DNA from: an uncultured Spirochaetota bacterium
Lineage (GTDB): Bacteria; Spirochaetota; Spirochaetia; SZUA-6; Fen-1364
Reading direction: 5' to 3'
DNA: 64,000 nucleotides
Assembly: GCA_963845535.1 (NCBI GenBank)
Contig: CAWJSK010000012.1
Span: forward strand, 128,001-192,000
This document shows, in pieces, positions 11,762-21,453 of this stretch (position 1 is the stretch's first letter; each line of letters starts with the position of its first letter). Below the pieces are notes generated by a model. It worked only from the letters and a program-made list of their open reading frames with translations. It was not told the DNA's origin and searched no databases. The position numbers and the translations under genes are program-made.

Positions 11762-12802
11762 ATGAAGTTGCTTCGTTTCGTCTTTTTGATCGTTTTTCTT
11801 TGTGGTGCGGCTGGTTCCACCGCATTTGCAGAAGGAATAACGCTTGAGATTGGCGCTCTCGGTGCCGCGCTGAACGCTTTTTCTTCTGCGCAGCAGAAGC
11901 CAGGGGCCCCAACGGTGGCGATTACGAGCAATGCCAATCTGGTGCCGGACCCCTACGTCAATGGCTATTATGCATTGAAGCTGAATGAGTCCACCACAGT
12001 ACGGCTTGGCCTGCGCGCAGAAGACATGATGGGCACGATATCCCCATCCTTCGTGAACCTGGCTCGTGCCGAGCCTTTTGCGGATTTTCTCTACGGGCCT
12101 TTGTCAGTGCGCGTGAGCTTCCCTTTGTACTTCATCGGTGCAGACACGACACATGATCCCGCGTACGCTGAAATCAAGTATCTCCTGGATTACGCGTACA
12201 AGGGGATCTCGCTGGGAACGTTCTTCGGCAACGGGATGAACACCTTTCTCTTTACAAACTACGAGAATGTCGCGTACAAGCTCTCTTTCGACAAGACGAC
12301 TGCTTTGGTTTTCTCTGTCAGCACCGAAATCGGAATCTCTCCGGCGTGGCTGTATGACGTCAAGCCTCAGGTGAGCTTCATCTACGGGCCTTTGCAGCTC
12401 GACCTGCAAGAGGCCGTCTATTTCGCTGATCAAGGGAGCACATCTCCCTCATTTTCCGACTCAAAATACAACCTGCGGCTGTATACAGGCCCCAAGCTGA
12501 CCTTTGATTTTACAAGCGTAGGGGTCACTGGGCTCAAGGCGTATGTCATGGCCTCTTTGTACACATACGACGACTATCCGAACGGCGCTGCTCCGGGCTC
12601 CGCCTTCTACGGAAGCACCTCCGGCTCTGCTATTGCGAAAGGATCCAGCCTGTATCCTGGAATCATCTATTCGAGAGGGCCATTTTATGTCGAGGCAGTG
12701 TTCAAGATCCACAACTATGACGATTCGAACACCGACGGGTTTACAAATGTGAACCCGACTTTCGATCCCTCGGTGAAAGTCTCGTACACGTTTCATTTCT
12801 AG
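11762..12802 (+). CDS. Putative outer-membrane beta-barrel protein
   Basis: GGAG RBS; signal peptide ending AFA; Tyr/Phe-rich amphipathic strands; C-terminus KVSYTFHF. Confidence 0.72.
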   Translation: MKLLRFVFLIVFLCGAAGSTAFAEGITLEIGALGAALNAFSSAQQKPGAPTVAITSNANLVPDPYVNGYYALKLNESTTVRLGLRAEDMMGTISPSFVNLARAEPFADFLYGPLSVRVSFPLYFIGADTTHDPAYAEIKYLLDYAYKGISLGTFFGNGMNTFLFTNYENVAYKLSFDKTTALVFSVSTEIGISPAWLYDVKPQVSFIYGPLQLDLQEAVYFADQGSTSPSFSDSKYNLRLYTGPKLTFDFTSVGVTGLKAYVMASLYTYDDYPNGAAPGSAFYGSTSGSAIAKGSSLYPGIIYSRGPFYVEAVFKIHNYDDSNTDGFTNVNPTFDPSVKVSYTFHF

Positions 12803-12809
12803 CCCAAGC

Positions 12810-13694
12810 CTACGGAGCAGGAAAAGCGTTTATCGCCTTGCCAATCTGGTCCGGATACTGAAACATGACGCCATGCCCGCCGTCCGGGAACTGGATGAGC
12901 CGTGAGTCATGTATTCCGATGGCAAGCAGCGCGGAGTTCCTCGTCGGGAACACGATGTCCTGATTCCCCGTGATTATCAGGGTCGGGCACTGAATTTCGG
13001 CCAGATGCAACGCAACTCCCTCCCAGTCCTCAATGGCCTTGAGCTGCCGCAGCGTGCGCTCGCGCGGGTTCATGGTTGCGTTGACAGGAAAGTAATTCCA
13101 CACGGCAGGATGAGCGTTCAGCCAGGCTTCAGGAAAAAGCAACCCCAAGAGACGCAGCCCTCGCGCCCAAGGGCCTCCCGACGTATCGGTGAGCCGTCGC
13201 AGGACCTCGGGGTCTGGCAACACCTGCTGCGCCCCGCCCGGAGAGCCTGAAATGAGGATGAGGCTCGTGACCCTGTCGGGGTGAGCGATGGCCAGCTCCA
13301 GCGCAACTTCGGCGCCCATGCTCCAGCCGAGAATCACGGCCTTGTCGATGCCGCGGGCGTCCATGAGCCCGAGCGTGTCCGCCGCGAAAAGGGGGATCGA
13401 ATACTCGGCGTCCGAGGAGGCGGAGTGCCCCATGCCCCGGTTGTCGAAGATCAAAAGGTGATGCGAGGCGGACAGGATGTGCAGCAACCGCGGGCTCCAC
13501 AAGTCCATGGAACCGCCGTATCCCATGATCATGACGATAGTATCCCCCACGCCCAAATCCTGGCAGGCAATTTCAATGTCGCCCACGGGGACCGTCGTGA
13601 AGGGCTGCGGGTCGCTCCATGCCCACGGGAGGAGCGGCCAGGCCGCGCAGAGGAAAAGGGTTATGCCTATCGCAAGAGTCCGCTTGGACGTCAT
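12810..13694 (-). CDS. Secreted alpha/beta hydrolase
   Basis: Signal peptide; FDNRGMG, nucleophile elbow GWSMG, GNQD, GGHG. Confidence 0.9.
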   Translation of the reverse strand: MTSKRTLAIGITLFLCAAWPLLPWAWSDPQPFTTVPVGDIEIACQDLGVGDTIVMIMGYGGSMDLWSPRLLHILSASHHLLIFDNRGMGHSASSDAEYSIPLFAADTLGLMDARGIDKAVILGWSMGAEVALELAIAHPDRVTSLILISGSPGGAQQVLPDPEVLRRLTDTSGGPWARGLRLLGLLFPEAWLNAHPAVWNYFPVNATMNPRERTLRQLKAIEDWEGVALHLAEIQCPTLIITGNQDIVFPTRNSALLAIGIHDSRLIQFPDGGHGVMFQYPDQIGKAINAFPAP

Positions 13695-13710
13695 CTCGGC
13701 GGGACGGTTT

Positions 13711-14256
13711 CTAAGAGATCGAGTAGCCCCCCAGTATCACAAGACTGTAGGCGCCCAGCGGAACGGGCGGTGCTGAGGCACCCGTGGTCGAGAAAAACCT
13801 GTAGAGCCCCCGGCCCTGGACGAAGAAGTTGCCAAAGTGCGCCGTAGCTGAAAGCCCCGTCTGGGCCGCAACGCCGTTGACCCTGTTCTCGTAGTCCTGG
13901 TAACCCCACCCGCCGACAAGGACGGCAAACTCCGCAAGACCAAGACGGGGGAAATGATACGACAAGTCAGTGCCGAAGAACAATTCCGGACCCGCGCCAA
14001 AGCCTTGCTGCGTGTAGGAAGCCGAACCGACGGGCGAGCCGCCAAGGAAGAAATCCATGCCGAAGGTCTCCCATGAGCTGACGTGATAGACGTCCTCCAC
14101 GAAGACCTGGGGGACCAGCGAGGACAGCGGGCTGTTGCCGGATTCGTAGGCCGCCCCCGCGCCGAGGTTGATCTCCGCGCTCGCGCTGACTGCCGTCAGC
14201 ATGAGAAAGATGAAGATGGCGAAAGACCCTGCTTTCGAGAAAGACCTTGTTTTCAT
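13711..14256 (-). CDS. Putative small outer-membrane beta-barrel protein
   Basis: Signal peptide ending ASA; alternating Gly/aromatic strands; ends LGGYSIS. Confidence 0.65.
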   Translation of the reverse strand: MKTRSFSKAGSFAIFIFLMLTAVSASAEINLGAGAAYESGNSPLSSLVPQVFVEDVYHVSSWETFGMDFFLGGSPVGSASYTQQGFGAGPELFFGTDLSYHFPRLGLAEFAVLVGGWGYQDYENRVNGVAAQTGLSATAHFGNFFVQGRGLYRFFSTTGASAPPVPLGAYSLVILGGYSIS

Positions 14257-15023
14257 GGTTGCTTCTCCGGTTGACTCTTCACGGCATCTGCCGGTTTGAA
14301 AGACATCGAAAAATCCAGCGGTGAGGCCAGCACCAGCAGGCGCAAAAGCGGGATCCGGAACACCACGGTCCCCGCGCTCACCGTTCCTCCGGTCTGGGAA
14401 ACAATTTCCCCTTCGGGCTGGACCGTGATGGCTATGGAAGAACTTCTGACTTGCGCCGGTCCGTCATCCCCCAGGGAAAATCGCACCATTTCCAGGTAAT
14501 CATTCTCCGTGGTCTTCTGGTCGACCTGCGGACCCAGGCTTTGAAGGACGGGGCTCTCCAGCATCGGAAAGAAGGCCGCAATCTGGCGATAGTTCGACCT
14601 GTCGAGATGGATCTTCAGCGTATCGAGACCATCGGATTGCGTCAGGGAGATGGCATTTGCGCTTTGCAGCCCCGGTTGACTCTCGAAGAGCCGTGGGAGG
14701 GAATCAAAGGCAACCTGGACGTCCAGCGAGCGTTGATCCGCGGAGGCAACGCCCTGGACCGTGATGCCCGGCTGCGCGGCAAAGGCTTTGCGGATGGCCG
14801 CGAGGTCGAATATCGCGTCTCCCGCGGGATCACGCGACTCCCCCGACACTTCAGCCAGCCCGGCGACGTAGTCATGCAGGAGCCTGGTGACCTCCAGATG
14901 CAGCTTCATGGTCCCCGAGCCGTCACCCTTGAGAACGACGGTCTGCGTGGCGCTGCACCCTGCCAGGACCAGAACCACAGTTAGTGGAAAAATACACGCG
15001 AGTCGACTCACGCCACTCGGCAT
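14253..15023 (-). CDS. Hypothetical lipoprotein
   Basis: Lipobox LAGC; VVLKGDGSG segment; 4-bp overlap with the downstream gene. Confidence 0.78.
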   Translation of the reverse strand: MPSGVSRLACIFPLTVVLVLAGCSATQTVVLKGDGSGTMKLHLEVTRLLHDYVAGLAEVSGESRDPAGDAIFDLAAIRKAFAAQPGITVQGVASADQRSLDVQVAFDSLPRLFESQPGLQSANAISLTQSDGLDTLKIHLDRSNYRQIAAFFPMLESPVLQSLGPQVDQKTTENDYLEMVRFSLGDDGPAQVRSSSIAITVQPEGEIVSQTGGTVSAGTVVFRIPLLRLLVLASPLDFSMSFKPADAVKSQPEKQP

Positions 15024-15135
15024 GACTGAACGCTACCCGATGCCGCCGGATCGAGTCAATCGCAGGCCGGGCATCGCAAGCGAATCGCAGGCCCGGCATA
15101 GACATCGCTGCGTGAAAACCCATAGTATCGCCGCA

Positions 15136-16905
15136 ATGTCCACGATACGAGTCGAACCGCTGGGGAAGACGCTGGAAGCGCAGAAAGGCGCCGTCCTCCG
15201 TGACGCGCTTCACGCCGCGGGGATACTCCTGGATTACCCCTGCGGCGGCAAGGGGCGCTGCCGCCAGTGCCGCGTGTCGGTCTCTCAAGCGGCTGAAAGC
15301 TCGGAATCGAATGACGGCGTGCTGCTTGCCTGCCAGTTCGTGATCCAGAACGACTGCACAGTGACGATTGCCCCTGAGCGCTTCTCCGCGCAGGTCTGGA
15401 AGCAGGGCATGCGGGATGAGGACCTCCGCGCTATTGATGCGCGCTCTGGAATTAAGCGGATTCGAATCAAGGCGCCCGAGCCGAGCCTTGAAGACCAGCG
15501 GCCTGACTGGGAAAGGCTTGCCGAGGCCCTTGCCGCGCAAGGGTTGGTTGTGGCTGAGCCCGACCCGCAGGAGTTGGAGCGCGTTTCAGGCAGCCTTCGG
15601 GAAGGCAATTGGAGGGCCGAGGCAATCTGCTGGGAAGGGTCCCTTCTGCGGCTGGATGCCCGGAGCCGGCGCGCCACCGGGTTTGCGGTGGACGTCGGCA
15701 CCACCACGGTGGACCTCGCCCTGGTGGACCTGGAAACGGGCGAGCTTCTCGGCCGCAAGGCGTTCCTCAACGGTCAGGTCGCATTCGGCGCGGACGTCAT
15801 ATCGCGCGCTCAAAGCTTCCACGACAACAGGGGCCCGGTGCGGGAAGCCTGCCGTGCGACGATAGAGGACGGGGCCCGTCAGATTCTCACGCAAGCGGGA
15901 GAGAGCCCGGAGGGAGTGGTGAAAACGGTGGTGGTTGGCAACCCCATCATGATGCACATTCTCCATGGGATAGACCCGTGGCAGTTGACCCGCCTTCCTT
16001 ATGTGCCGGTCACTTCCCTGCGCTTGCGCCGCACTCCCCGCGATCTGGGATTGGCCTTCCAGACCCACGGCTTCGTGGAAACCCTGCCCCTGATTTCCGC
16101 CTACGTCGGCGCGGATACCGTGGGAATGATCGTCGCCCTTGATCTGGATACGGAAAAGACCACGTCGCTTTCGATTGATATAGGCACCAACGGAGAGATG
16201 GTCCTCTCGCGCGGCGGAAGCCTGCTGGCCACCTCCACGGCCGCGGGACCCGCCTTCGAGGGCGCCCAGATCTCCTGCGGGATGCGTGCGCTGCCGGGCG
16301 CCGTGGTAGCGGTTGCCATCAGCCTCGACGGCGCGGTCAGCCTCCAGACGGTGGGGGACGGGGCGGCCAAAGGCATCTGCGGGACTGGCCTTGTGTCCGC
16401 CGTCGCGCAGCTCCTGGAGCGCGAGGTCATGGATGCAACAGGAAGGCTCCTGGATGCCGCGGAGATTGTCGTTCCCGCGCTTCGCGCTCGGGTATTCTCC
16501 CTGGGCAGGGAACCCGCTTTCGCGCTTACCGAGGACAGGCGCGTGTATATCTCCCAGAAGGACATCCGCACCCTCCAGCTTGCAAAGGCAGCGGTGCGCA
16601 CGGGAATCGACACCCTTCTTTCCCTTACGGCTCTCGAGCCGGACGGATTGGATGCGCTTCGCCTCGCCGGCAATTTCGGCGCGGGGCTGGACGCCCGGGC
16701 GGCCATGCGGATCGGGCTCATTCCCCCCATGGACCTGGGGAAGGTGGACGTGGTGGGCAACGCAGCGTTGAAAGGGGCGGTCATGTCGCTTTTATCAGAG
16801 GAGTGCATCAGGAGGTCTGACACCGCCGCGCGCGACGCGCGGTTCATCGAGCTGGGCGGCAGGCCCGAGTTTCAGTCCCGTTTCACCGAGGCTCTGCTGT
16901 TCTAG
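15136..16905 (+). CDS. RACo/DUF4445 ASKHA ATPase with N-terminal 2Fe-2S domain (reductive activator of corrinoid proteins)
   Basis: CGGKGRCRQC..LAC, DVGTTT, GADVISR, YVGAD, DIGTNGE, TAAGPAFEGA, GICGTG, QLAKAA, AGNFG. Confidence 0.92.
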   Translation: MSTIRVEPLGKTLEAQKGAVLRDALHAAGILLDYPCGGKGRCRQCRVSVSQAAESSESNDGVLLACQFVIQNDCTVTIAPERFSAQVWKQGMRDEDLRAIDARSGIKRIRIKAPEPSLEDQRPDWERLAEALAAQGLVVAEPDPQELERVSGSLREGNWRAEAICWEGSLLRLDARSRRATGFAVDVGTTTVDLALVDLETGELLGRKAFLNGQVAFGADVISRAQSFHDNRGPVREACRATIEDGARQILTQAGESPEGVVKTVVVGNPIMMHILHGIDPWQLTRLPYVPVTSLRLRRTPRDLGLAFQTHGFVETLPLISAYVGADTVGMIVALDLDTEKTTSLSIDIGTNGEMVLSRGGSLLATSTAAGPAFEGAQISCGMRALPGAVVAVAISLDGAVSLQTVGDGAAKGICGTGLVSAVAQLLEREVMDATGRLLDAAEIVVPALRARVFSLGREPAFALTEDRRVYISQKDIRTLQLAKAAVRTGIDTLLSLTALEPDGLDALRLAGNFGAGLDARAAMRIGLIPPMDLGKVDVVGNAALKGAVMSLLSEECIRRSDTAARDARFIELGGRPEFQSRFTEALLF

Positions 16906-16923
16906 CCATCACACGACACGCTT

Positions 16924-17598
16924 TTAGTCGAGCTTCCTGGCGGGCGCCGAAAAGACGCCTTGCAGGAACCCGCCGCGCGGCTGGCAGACGAACCAATGGC
17001 CCGAAATCTTGCGCGCTTTTTCGTCCAGGGTTCGGTCAATGAACTCCGCAAACTCCTCCACGCCGGCGCCGGAGCTCTGGAAGCCGTTCACGATGATCCC
17101 CGTCCCGTTTTGGCTCGTCATGAGGGACGATGCAAATCCGCGAAACCCTTCGCGCATTGCCGCCTGGACCGCCGTGTCCGACCCCGCGGACGGGAAGCTC
17201 ACCATTGCGAGAAGCCCGCGCTTTCGAGGCGGGAAATAGGAGAGGACTTCCCGCGCAAGGAAGACCGGCCCCTTGGCCTCATCGAAGGAACGCTCGATCT
17301 CCGCGCTTGCGGCCTCGGGAAGCGCGTTCGCTGACGGGCACGGGGCTTCCAGGATGAGGATCTCGTCCAGCGCCTCGACGGCATTGAGGGCGGCAAGCAG
17401 GACGTTGCGGGCAGAAAGGGGGGACCGGCGGTTCCACGGCACGACCAGATGAGCGTCATCCTCGCTTTTGATGCGCCCGGCCCCTTCGCCGCCGACAGGA
17501 GTGGTTGTCACCACGGAAAATCCTTTCGCGCGGAACAGGCGCACGAGAGCGGCGCCCAGCGGTGAGTCTCCCTCTGTAACCAGAACTGCCTTCCCCAT
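16924..17598 (-). CDS. Degenerate SDR/Rossmann-fold protein
   Basis: Starts MGKAVLVTEGDSPLGAALVR (TGxxxGxG-like); no YxxxK catalytic motif seen. Confidence 0.65.
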   Translation of the reverse strand: MGKAVLVTEGDSPLGAALVRLFRAKGFSVVTTTPVGGEGAGRIKSEDDAHLVVPWNRRSPLSARNVLLAALNAVEALDEILILEAPCPSANALPEAASAEIERSFDEAKGPVFLAREVLSYFPPRKRGLLAMVSFPSAGSDTAVQAAMREGFRGFASSLMTSQNGTGIIVNGFQSSGAGVEEFAEFIDRTLDEKARKISGHWFVCQPRGGFLQGVFSAPARKLD

Positions 17599-17759
17599 CC
17601 GGGCGAATGATACCCCGGGCCCGCGGCGCCGGTCAACCGAAGCCGCAATGTCGAAGCTGACGCCGAAGCCGGCCGATGCAGATGCCAAAGCCGAAGCCAA
17701 AGGATGCGCCAGGACGAAGGTGCGTTGCCCAGCCTCTCCTTCCCTGGTAGATTTGGTCC

Positions 17760-19391
17760 ATGAAGATCGCCTGCGGCCAGATAAATCCTACGATCGGTGA
17801 CTTCCCGGGCAACCTGGAAAAAGTGCTCTCCTTTTCGCGGCGTGCCAAGGACGCAGGGTGCGGCCTTGCTGTGTTTCCCGAGATGTGCCTCTGCGGGTAC
17901 CCGCCCATGGACCTCCTGGAGCATGAAAGCTTCGTGGAAGAGAACCTGAAGACCCTTCGTCGGCTGCAGACCGACGCCCCTCCCGACATCGGGATCATCG
18001 TGGGATACGTGGACAGGAACCGTGGCAGGCCCGGCAAGGGGCTTCTCAACGTCGCGTCTCTCATCTGCGACGGCAAGGTCCTTCACACGCAGGCAAAGAC
18101 GCTCCTTCCCACCTACGACGTGTTCGACGAAGCGCGCTGGTTCGAGCCCGCGGACCGCAGGACCGTCGTCAGCTTCGGCGGAGAACGTATCGGGATAGCC
18201 ATCTGCGAAGACCTGTGGTGGGACGGGGAGACGGCGCCCGGCCTGCGCTATCCGGTGGATCCCATCGCGGAGCTGCTCGACGCAGGGGCCACGCTGATCG
18301 TTGCCCCTACCGCCTCTCCGTTCCACGAAGGGAAGCCACGGACGCGCCTCGAGCTTTTCTCACGTGTCGGCAAGGCGTCGGGGGTGCCTGTCGTGTACGT
18401 CAATATCGTAGGCGGGAACGACAACCTCATCTTCGATGGCCAGTCCATGGTGACCTCGCGTGAAGGGAAGCTCGTGCACCTGGGCTCCCCCTTCGAGGAA
18501 CAGCTTGCGTTCGTGGACACGGAGACCAAGGGACCCGAGGTCCCGCTCCCGGCCGACCCGTGGGAGCAGATCGAAGGGGCGCTCGTCCTGGGGATCAGGG
18601 ATTACGTGCGCAAATGCGGCTTCACGCGGGTGCATCTCGGCCTTTCCGGCGGGATCGATTCCGCGCTCGTGGCAGTTCTTGCGGTGGAGGCGCTCGGAGC
18701 GGAAAAGGTTGAGGTTTTCGGCCTCCCCTCCCGCTACTCCTCCGAAGGAAGCGTGAACGACGCTCGCGACCTGGCGCGCAACCTCGGTCTCACGCTCACG
18801 GTTCTGTCTATCGAAGACATTTTCAAAGCGTATCTCGATTCCCTCGCTCCTGTTTTCAAAGGCAGGCCCGCGGACATAGCCGAAGAGAACATCCAGGCCC
18901 GTATACGGGGCACGCTTCTCATGGCGTACTCCAACAAGTTCAACTCCCTCCTCCTCACCACGGGCAACAAGTCGGAGCTTGCGGTCGGGTATTGCACGCT
19001 CTACGGAGACATGAGCGGCGGGCTCGCCGTCATTGGCGACCTGTTGAAAGGCCAGGTGTACGGGCTGGCTCGGTCCATCAACGCCCGCAAACGGTTGGTC
19101 CCTGAATCCATCTTCACCAAGGCCCCGTCAGCCGAGCTGCGCCCGGACCAGACGGACCAGGACAGTCTTCCCCCCTACGAAGTGCTGGACGAAATCCTCG
19201 ATGAATACCTCGTGCAGAACAAGTCCGCGGAGGCGATAGCAGGCAACGGATTCGATCCGGCGCTTGTAAAATCCGTGCTGAGGATGGTGGACAAAGCGGA
19301 ATACAAGCGGCGCCAGGCGCCGCCGGTTCTCAAGGTTTCCCCGAAGGCTTTCGGGACCGGGCGCCGCGTGCCGATTGCCCGGAAGGTTTAA
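17760..19391 (+). CDS. nadE: Glutamine-dependent NAD+ synthetase
   Basis: Nitrilase domain (FPEM, K..LPTYDVFDE, ICEDLW) plus LSGGIDS, ENIQAR, NKSE, PSAEL, EYKRRQ. Confidence 0.97.
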   Translation: MKIACGQINPTIGDFPGNLEKVLSFSRRAKDAGCGLAVFPEMCLCGYPPMDLLEHESFVEENLKTLRRLQTDAPPDIGIIVGYVDRNRGRPGKGLLNVASLICDGKVLHTQAKTLLPTYDVFDEARWFEPADRRTVVSFGGERIGIAICEDLWWDGETAPGLRYPVDPIAELLDAGATLIVAPTASPFHEGKPRTRLELFSRVGKASGVPVVYVNIVGGNDNLIFDGQSMVTSREGKLVHLGSPFEEQLAFVDTETKGPEVPLPADPWEQIEGALVLGIRDYVRKCGFTRVHLGLSGGIDSALVAVLAVEALGAEKVEVFGLPSRYSSEGSVNDARDLARNLGLTLTVLSIEDIFKAYLDSLAPVFKGRPADIAEENIQARIRGTLLMAYSNKFNSLLLTTGNKSELAVGYCTLYGDMSGGLAVIGDLLKGQVYGLARSINARKRLVPESIFTKAPSAELRPDQTDQDSLPPYEVLDEILDEYLVQNKSAEAIAGNGFDPALVKSVLRMVDKAEYKRRQAPPVLKVSPKAFGTGRRVPIARKV

Positions 19392-21402
19392 CGGCCCGGC
19401 CGCCGGGGGACGTCCCAGGTTTGGCGTCCTGCTTTTGGCCCGCCGGGGACGCCTTGGCGCGACCGCTCGCGGCAAGAAGGCCGAAAAGAATCTCGCCTGA
19501 AAGCCGCCGCGAATCGATTGGCCCGACCTTCCCCGCGCCAGGGGCCGTTCCATCCTGGTCCCAGGCCGTGTGTTGGAAGAAAGAAGTGCCGGGCGCAAAC
19601 CCCACGCTGCCGGAGAGGCAAAGGCGGGAGACGTCGAGCAGGAGCTTCTTGAGCTCCCGTGAACCGGCAAGCTCCGCGAGGCGGCCGAGCAGGTACGCCG
19701 TCTCATTGCCGGCAAAGAGGAGGCGCTGGCGGACGAACGAATCCACCAACGTTCCATTCAGCCGCGGCTGCCCCTGCCCCTGCTCGCCGTGAGCTCGTAT
19801 CCAGGGGAGGAGAAGCGACGCGAACAGCCGCACGCTTTGCGCGGATTTCGATTTTACGGACGCGCTGCTCCCGGGAGGCTCGGCGGGCCTGAACCCGCGC
19901 CTGCGCAGCTCGAGGAACATCCGGACGGCGAGCAAGGCTGCGGCGCTGTCCGCATCTCGCCCTGCGCGAGAGGTGGGAGGATGAAAGACGTCCCACGACG
20001 CACGGGAAAACCGGGAAGCGATAGTCGCCAGGGCCTTCTTGTGCCTGTCCCTGCCCAGCCGATCCAGGACTCGGGCCAGCGGGAAAAAAAGCTCCCAGCA
20101 CGCGGTATCATCATCGCCGGGCACGAGGTCCCGCCCCGGCGTGTACAGGCTCCCTGGCAGGATGCATTTCCCCCTGTCATCGACGAACAGATCGACGAAC
20201 CGCTGCCCCGCGAGGAAATACTTTTCGAAAGGCAACCCTTCTCCGGCCAGGTCCTCCGCCAGCATGAGCAGCAGATCGGCAATCCGCGCCGACTGCGGGA
20301 TGGAAAGCGCTGCGCGCGCCGGCTGACCTTTCACCCCGCGCCACTCCCGGTCAGCCAGGTGATAGTTCTCATACAGGAGTCCCGAAGCGAGCTGGCCTTT
20401 GAGCGAGAAGTCCGCAAGCCGCAGGGCCGTCTCCCCCAGCCGCTGGTTACGCGGGAAAAGCCTGCGCAAGGATACGGCCAGGGCGAGGCCTGCCGCGGAG
20501 GAGACCCACGGGCTCCCGGGTACGTCGCGAAGCCCCGTCACGCCTCCCTCCTCAACCAGGTGAGTGGCAAGGACTCCCTCGGCTTCTCGGCCGAGCCTGG
20601 CCGAGGCCGGAGCGGATTTCTCCCGGCTCTTCGGGGCAGGCTCTGCTTTTGCGGCAGGTCCGGAAGCGAGTCTCCGGAGAACGGCCGCGGTGGCCGATTC
20701 AAGGATTTCCTCCCGCGGCGAAAAGGCGAGAAAAAGCTCGTGCGTCCGCTCGAGCGTTCCCGAGCATTCGATTCCGATGTCTTCTGGATCCCTTCTGTTC
20801 TCCGGCCTGGGTCCCGTGCGCGAAAAGGGCTCCTCCACCCCGGGGAACCTCACCTCGACGCGCAAGCGCCTTCCTGCCTCCTCATTCTCCACCCGACTGA
20901 TGCCAATGCTGGCGAGGTCCTCCCCGCTTCGTGCCTGGCGGGAAAAAACCGCGGCGGCCTGGTTTCCCAAGCGCACGATCAGCGCCGCAGGGTAGCTTGT
21001 CCGATCTCCAAAGAAGGAGACCTCTGCGGCGGGAAACCCTTCCTGGACGTGGACGCCGGGGAACAGGCAGATCGCGTCGTCCGGGGCCTCGAGCTCGACG
21101 TCGAGGAAGACCTTCACGAGCCCGGGAGTCATGACGTTCCAGCTCCTTGTCAGGGAGATCCCGGCCGCGTCCTCCGTTATCCTGTCCCTCACCATGCCAA
21201 AAAGGAAAAACGCCTTCACGTCCGCGACGGCCCGCGTTCCGGCGCCGCTCGTCTCCAGGACGACGCTCGCCGGTTCCCGGTCGTGCCCGTTCCAGGAGAA
21301 GCGGTACGGCAGAAAAAAACGTATGCCGCTTTCCGTCGTGATGCTGATGGTTCGTGAGTCCGGCTGAGTGATCTTCATGGGCTTTGGGTCGGGCATCATC
21401 AT
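19330..21402 (-). CDS. Large hypothetical protein (beta-sandwich plus alpha-helical toroid-like)
   Basis: About 690 aa of open frame; start uncertain (21378-21402); 3' end overlaps nadE. Confidence 0.65.
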   Translation of the reverse strand: MMMPDPKPMKITQPDSRTISITTESGIRFFLPYRFSWNGHDREPASVVLETSGAGTRAVADVKAFFLFGMVRDRITEDAAGISLTRSWNVMTPGLVKVFLDVELEAPDDAICLFPGVHVQEGFPAAEVSFFGDRTSYPAALIVRLGNQAAAVFSRQARSGEDLASIGISRVENEEAGRRLRVEVRFPGVEEPFSRTGPRPENRRDPEDIGIECSGTLERTHELFLAFSPREEILESATAAVLRRLASGPAAKAEPAPKSREKSAPASARLGREAEGVLATHLVEEGGVTGLRDVPGSPWVSSAAGLALAVSLRRLFPRNQRLGETALRLADFSLKGQLASGLLYENYHLADREWRGVKGQPARAALSIPQSARIADLLLMLAEDLAGEGLPFEKYFLAGQRFVDLFVDDRGKCILPGSLYTPGRDLVPGDDDTACWELFFPLARVLDRLGRDRHKKALATIASRFSRASWDVFHPPTSRAGRDADSAAALLAVRMFLELRRRGFRPAEPPGSSASVKSKSAQSVRLFASLLLPWIRAHGEQGQGQPRLNGTLVDSFVRQRLLFAGNETAYLLGRLAELAGSRELKKLLLDVSRLCLSGSVGFAPGTSFFQHTAWDQDGTAPGAGKVGPIDSRRLSGEILFGLLAASGRAKASPAGQKQDAKPGTSPGGRAVKPSGQSARGARSRKPSGKP

Positions 21403-21453
21403 AGCGGTGAGGGACGCCTTGCGCAACGCGCTCCGTGCCCCTATCCTCGGGAA

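Noticed and set aside
17637..17703. Hexamer-like GCCGAA/GCCAAA/GCAGAT repeats upstream of nadE
   Set aside because: Short, degenerate low-complexity tract between divergent promoters; no supportable function, and the N-terminal ORF extension through it is not credible.
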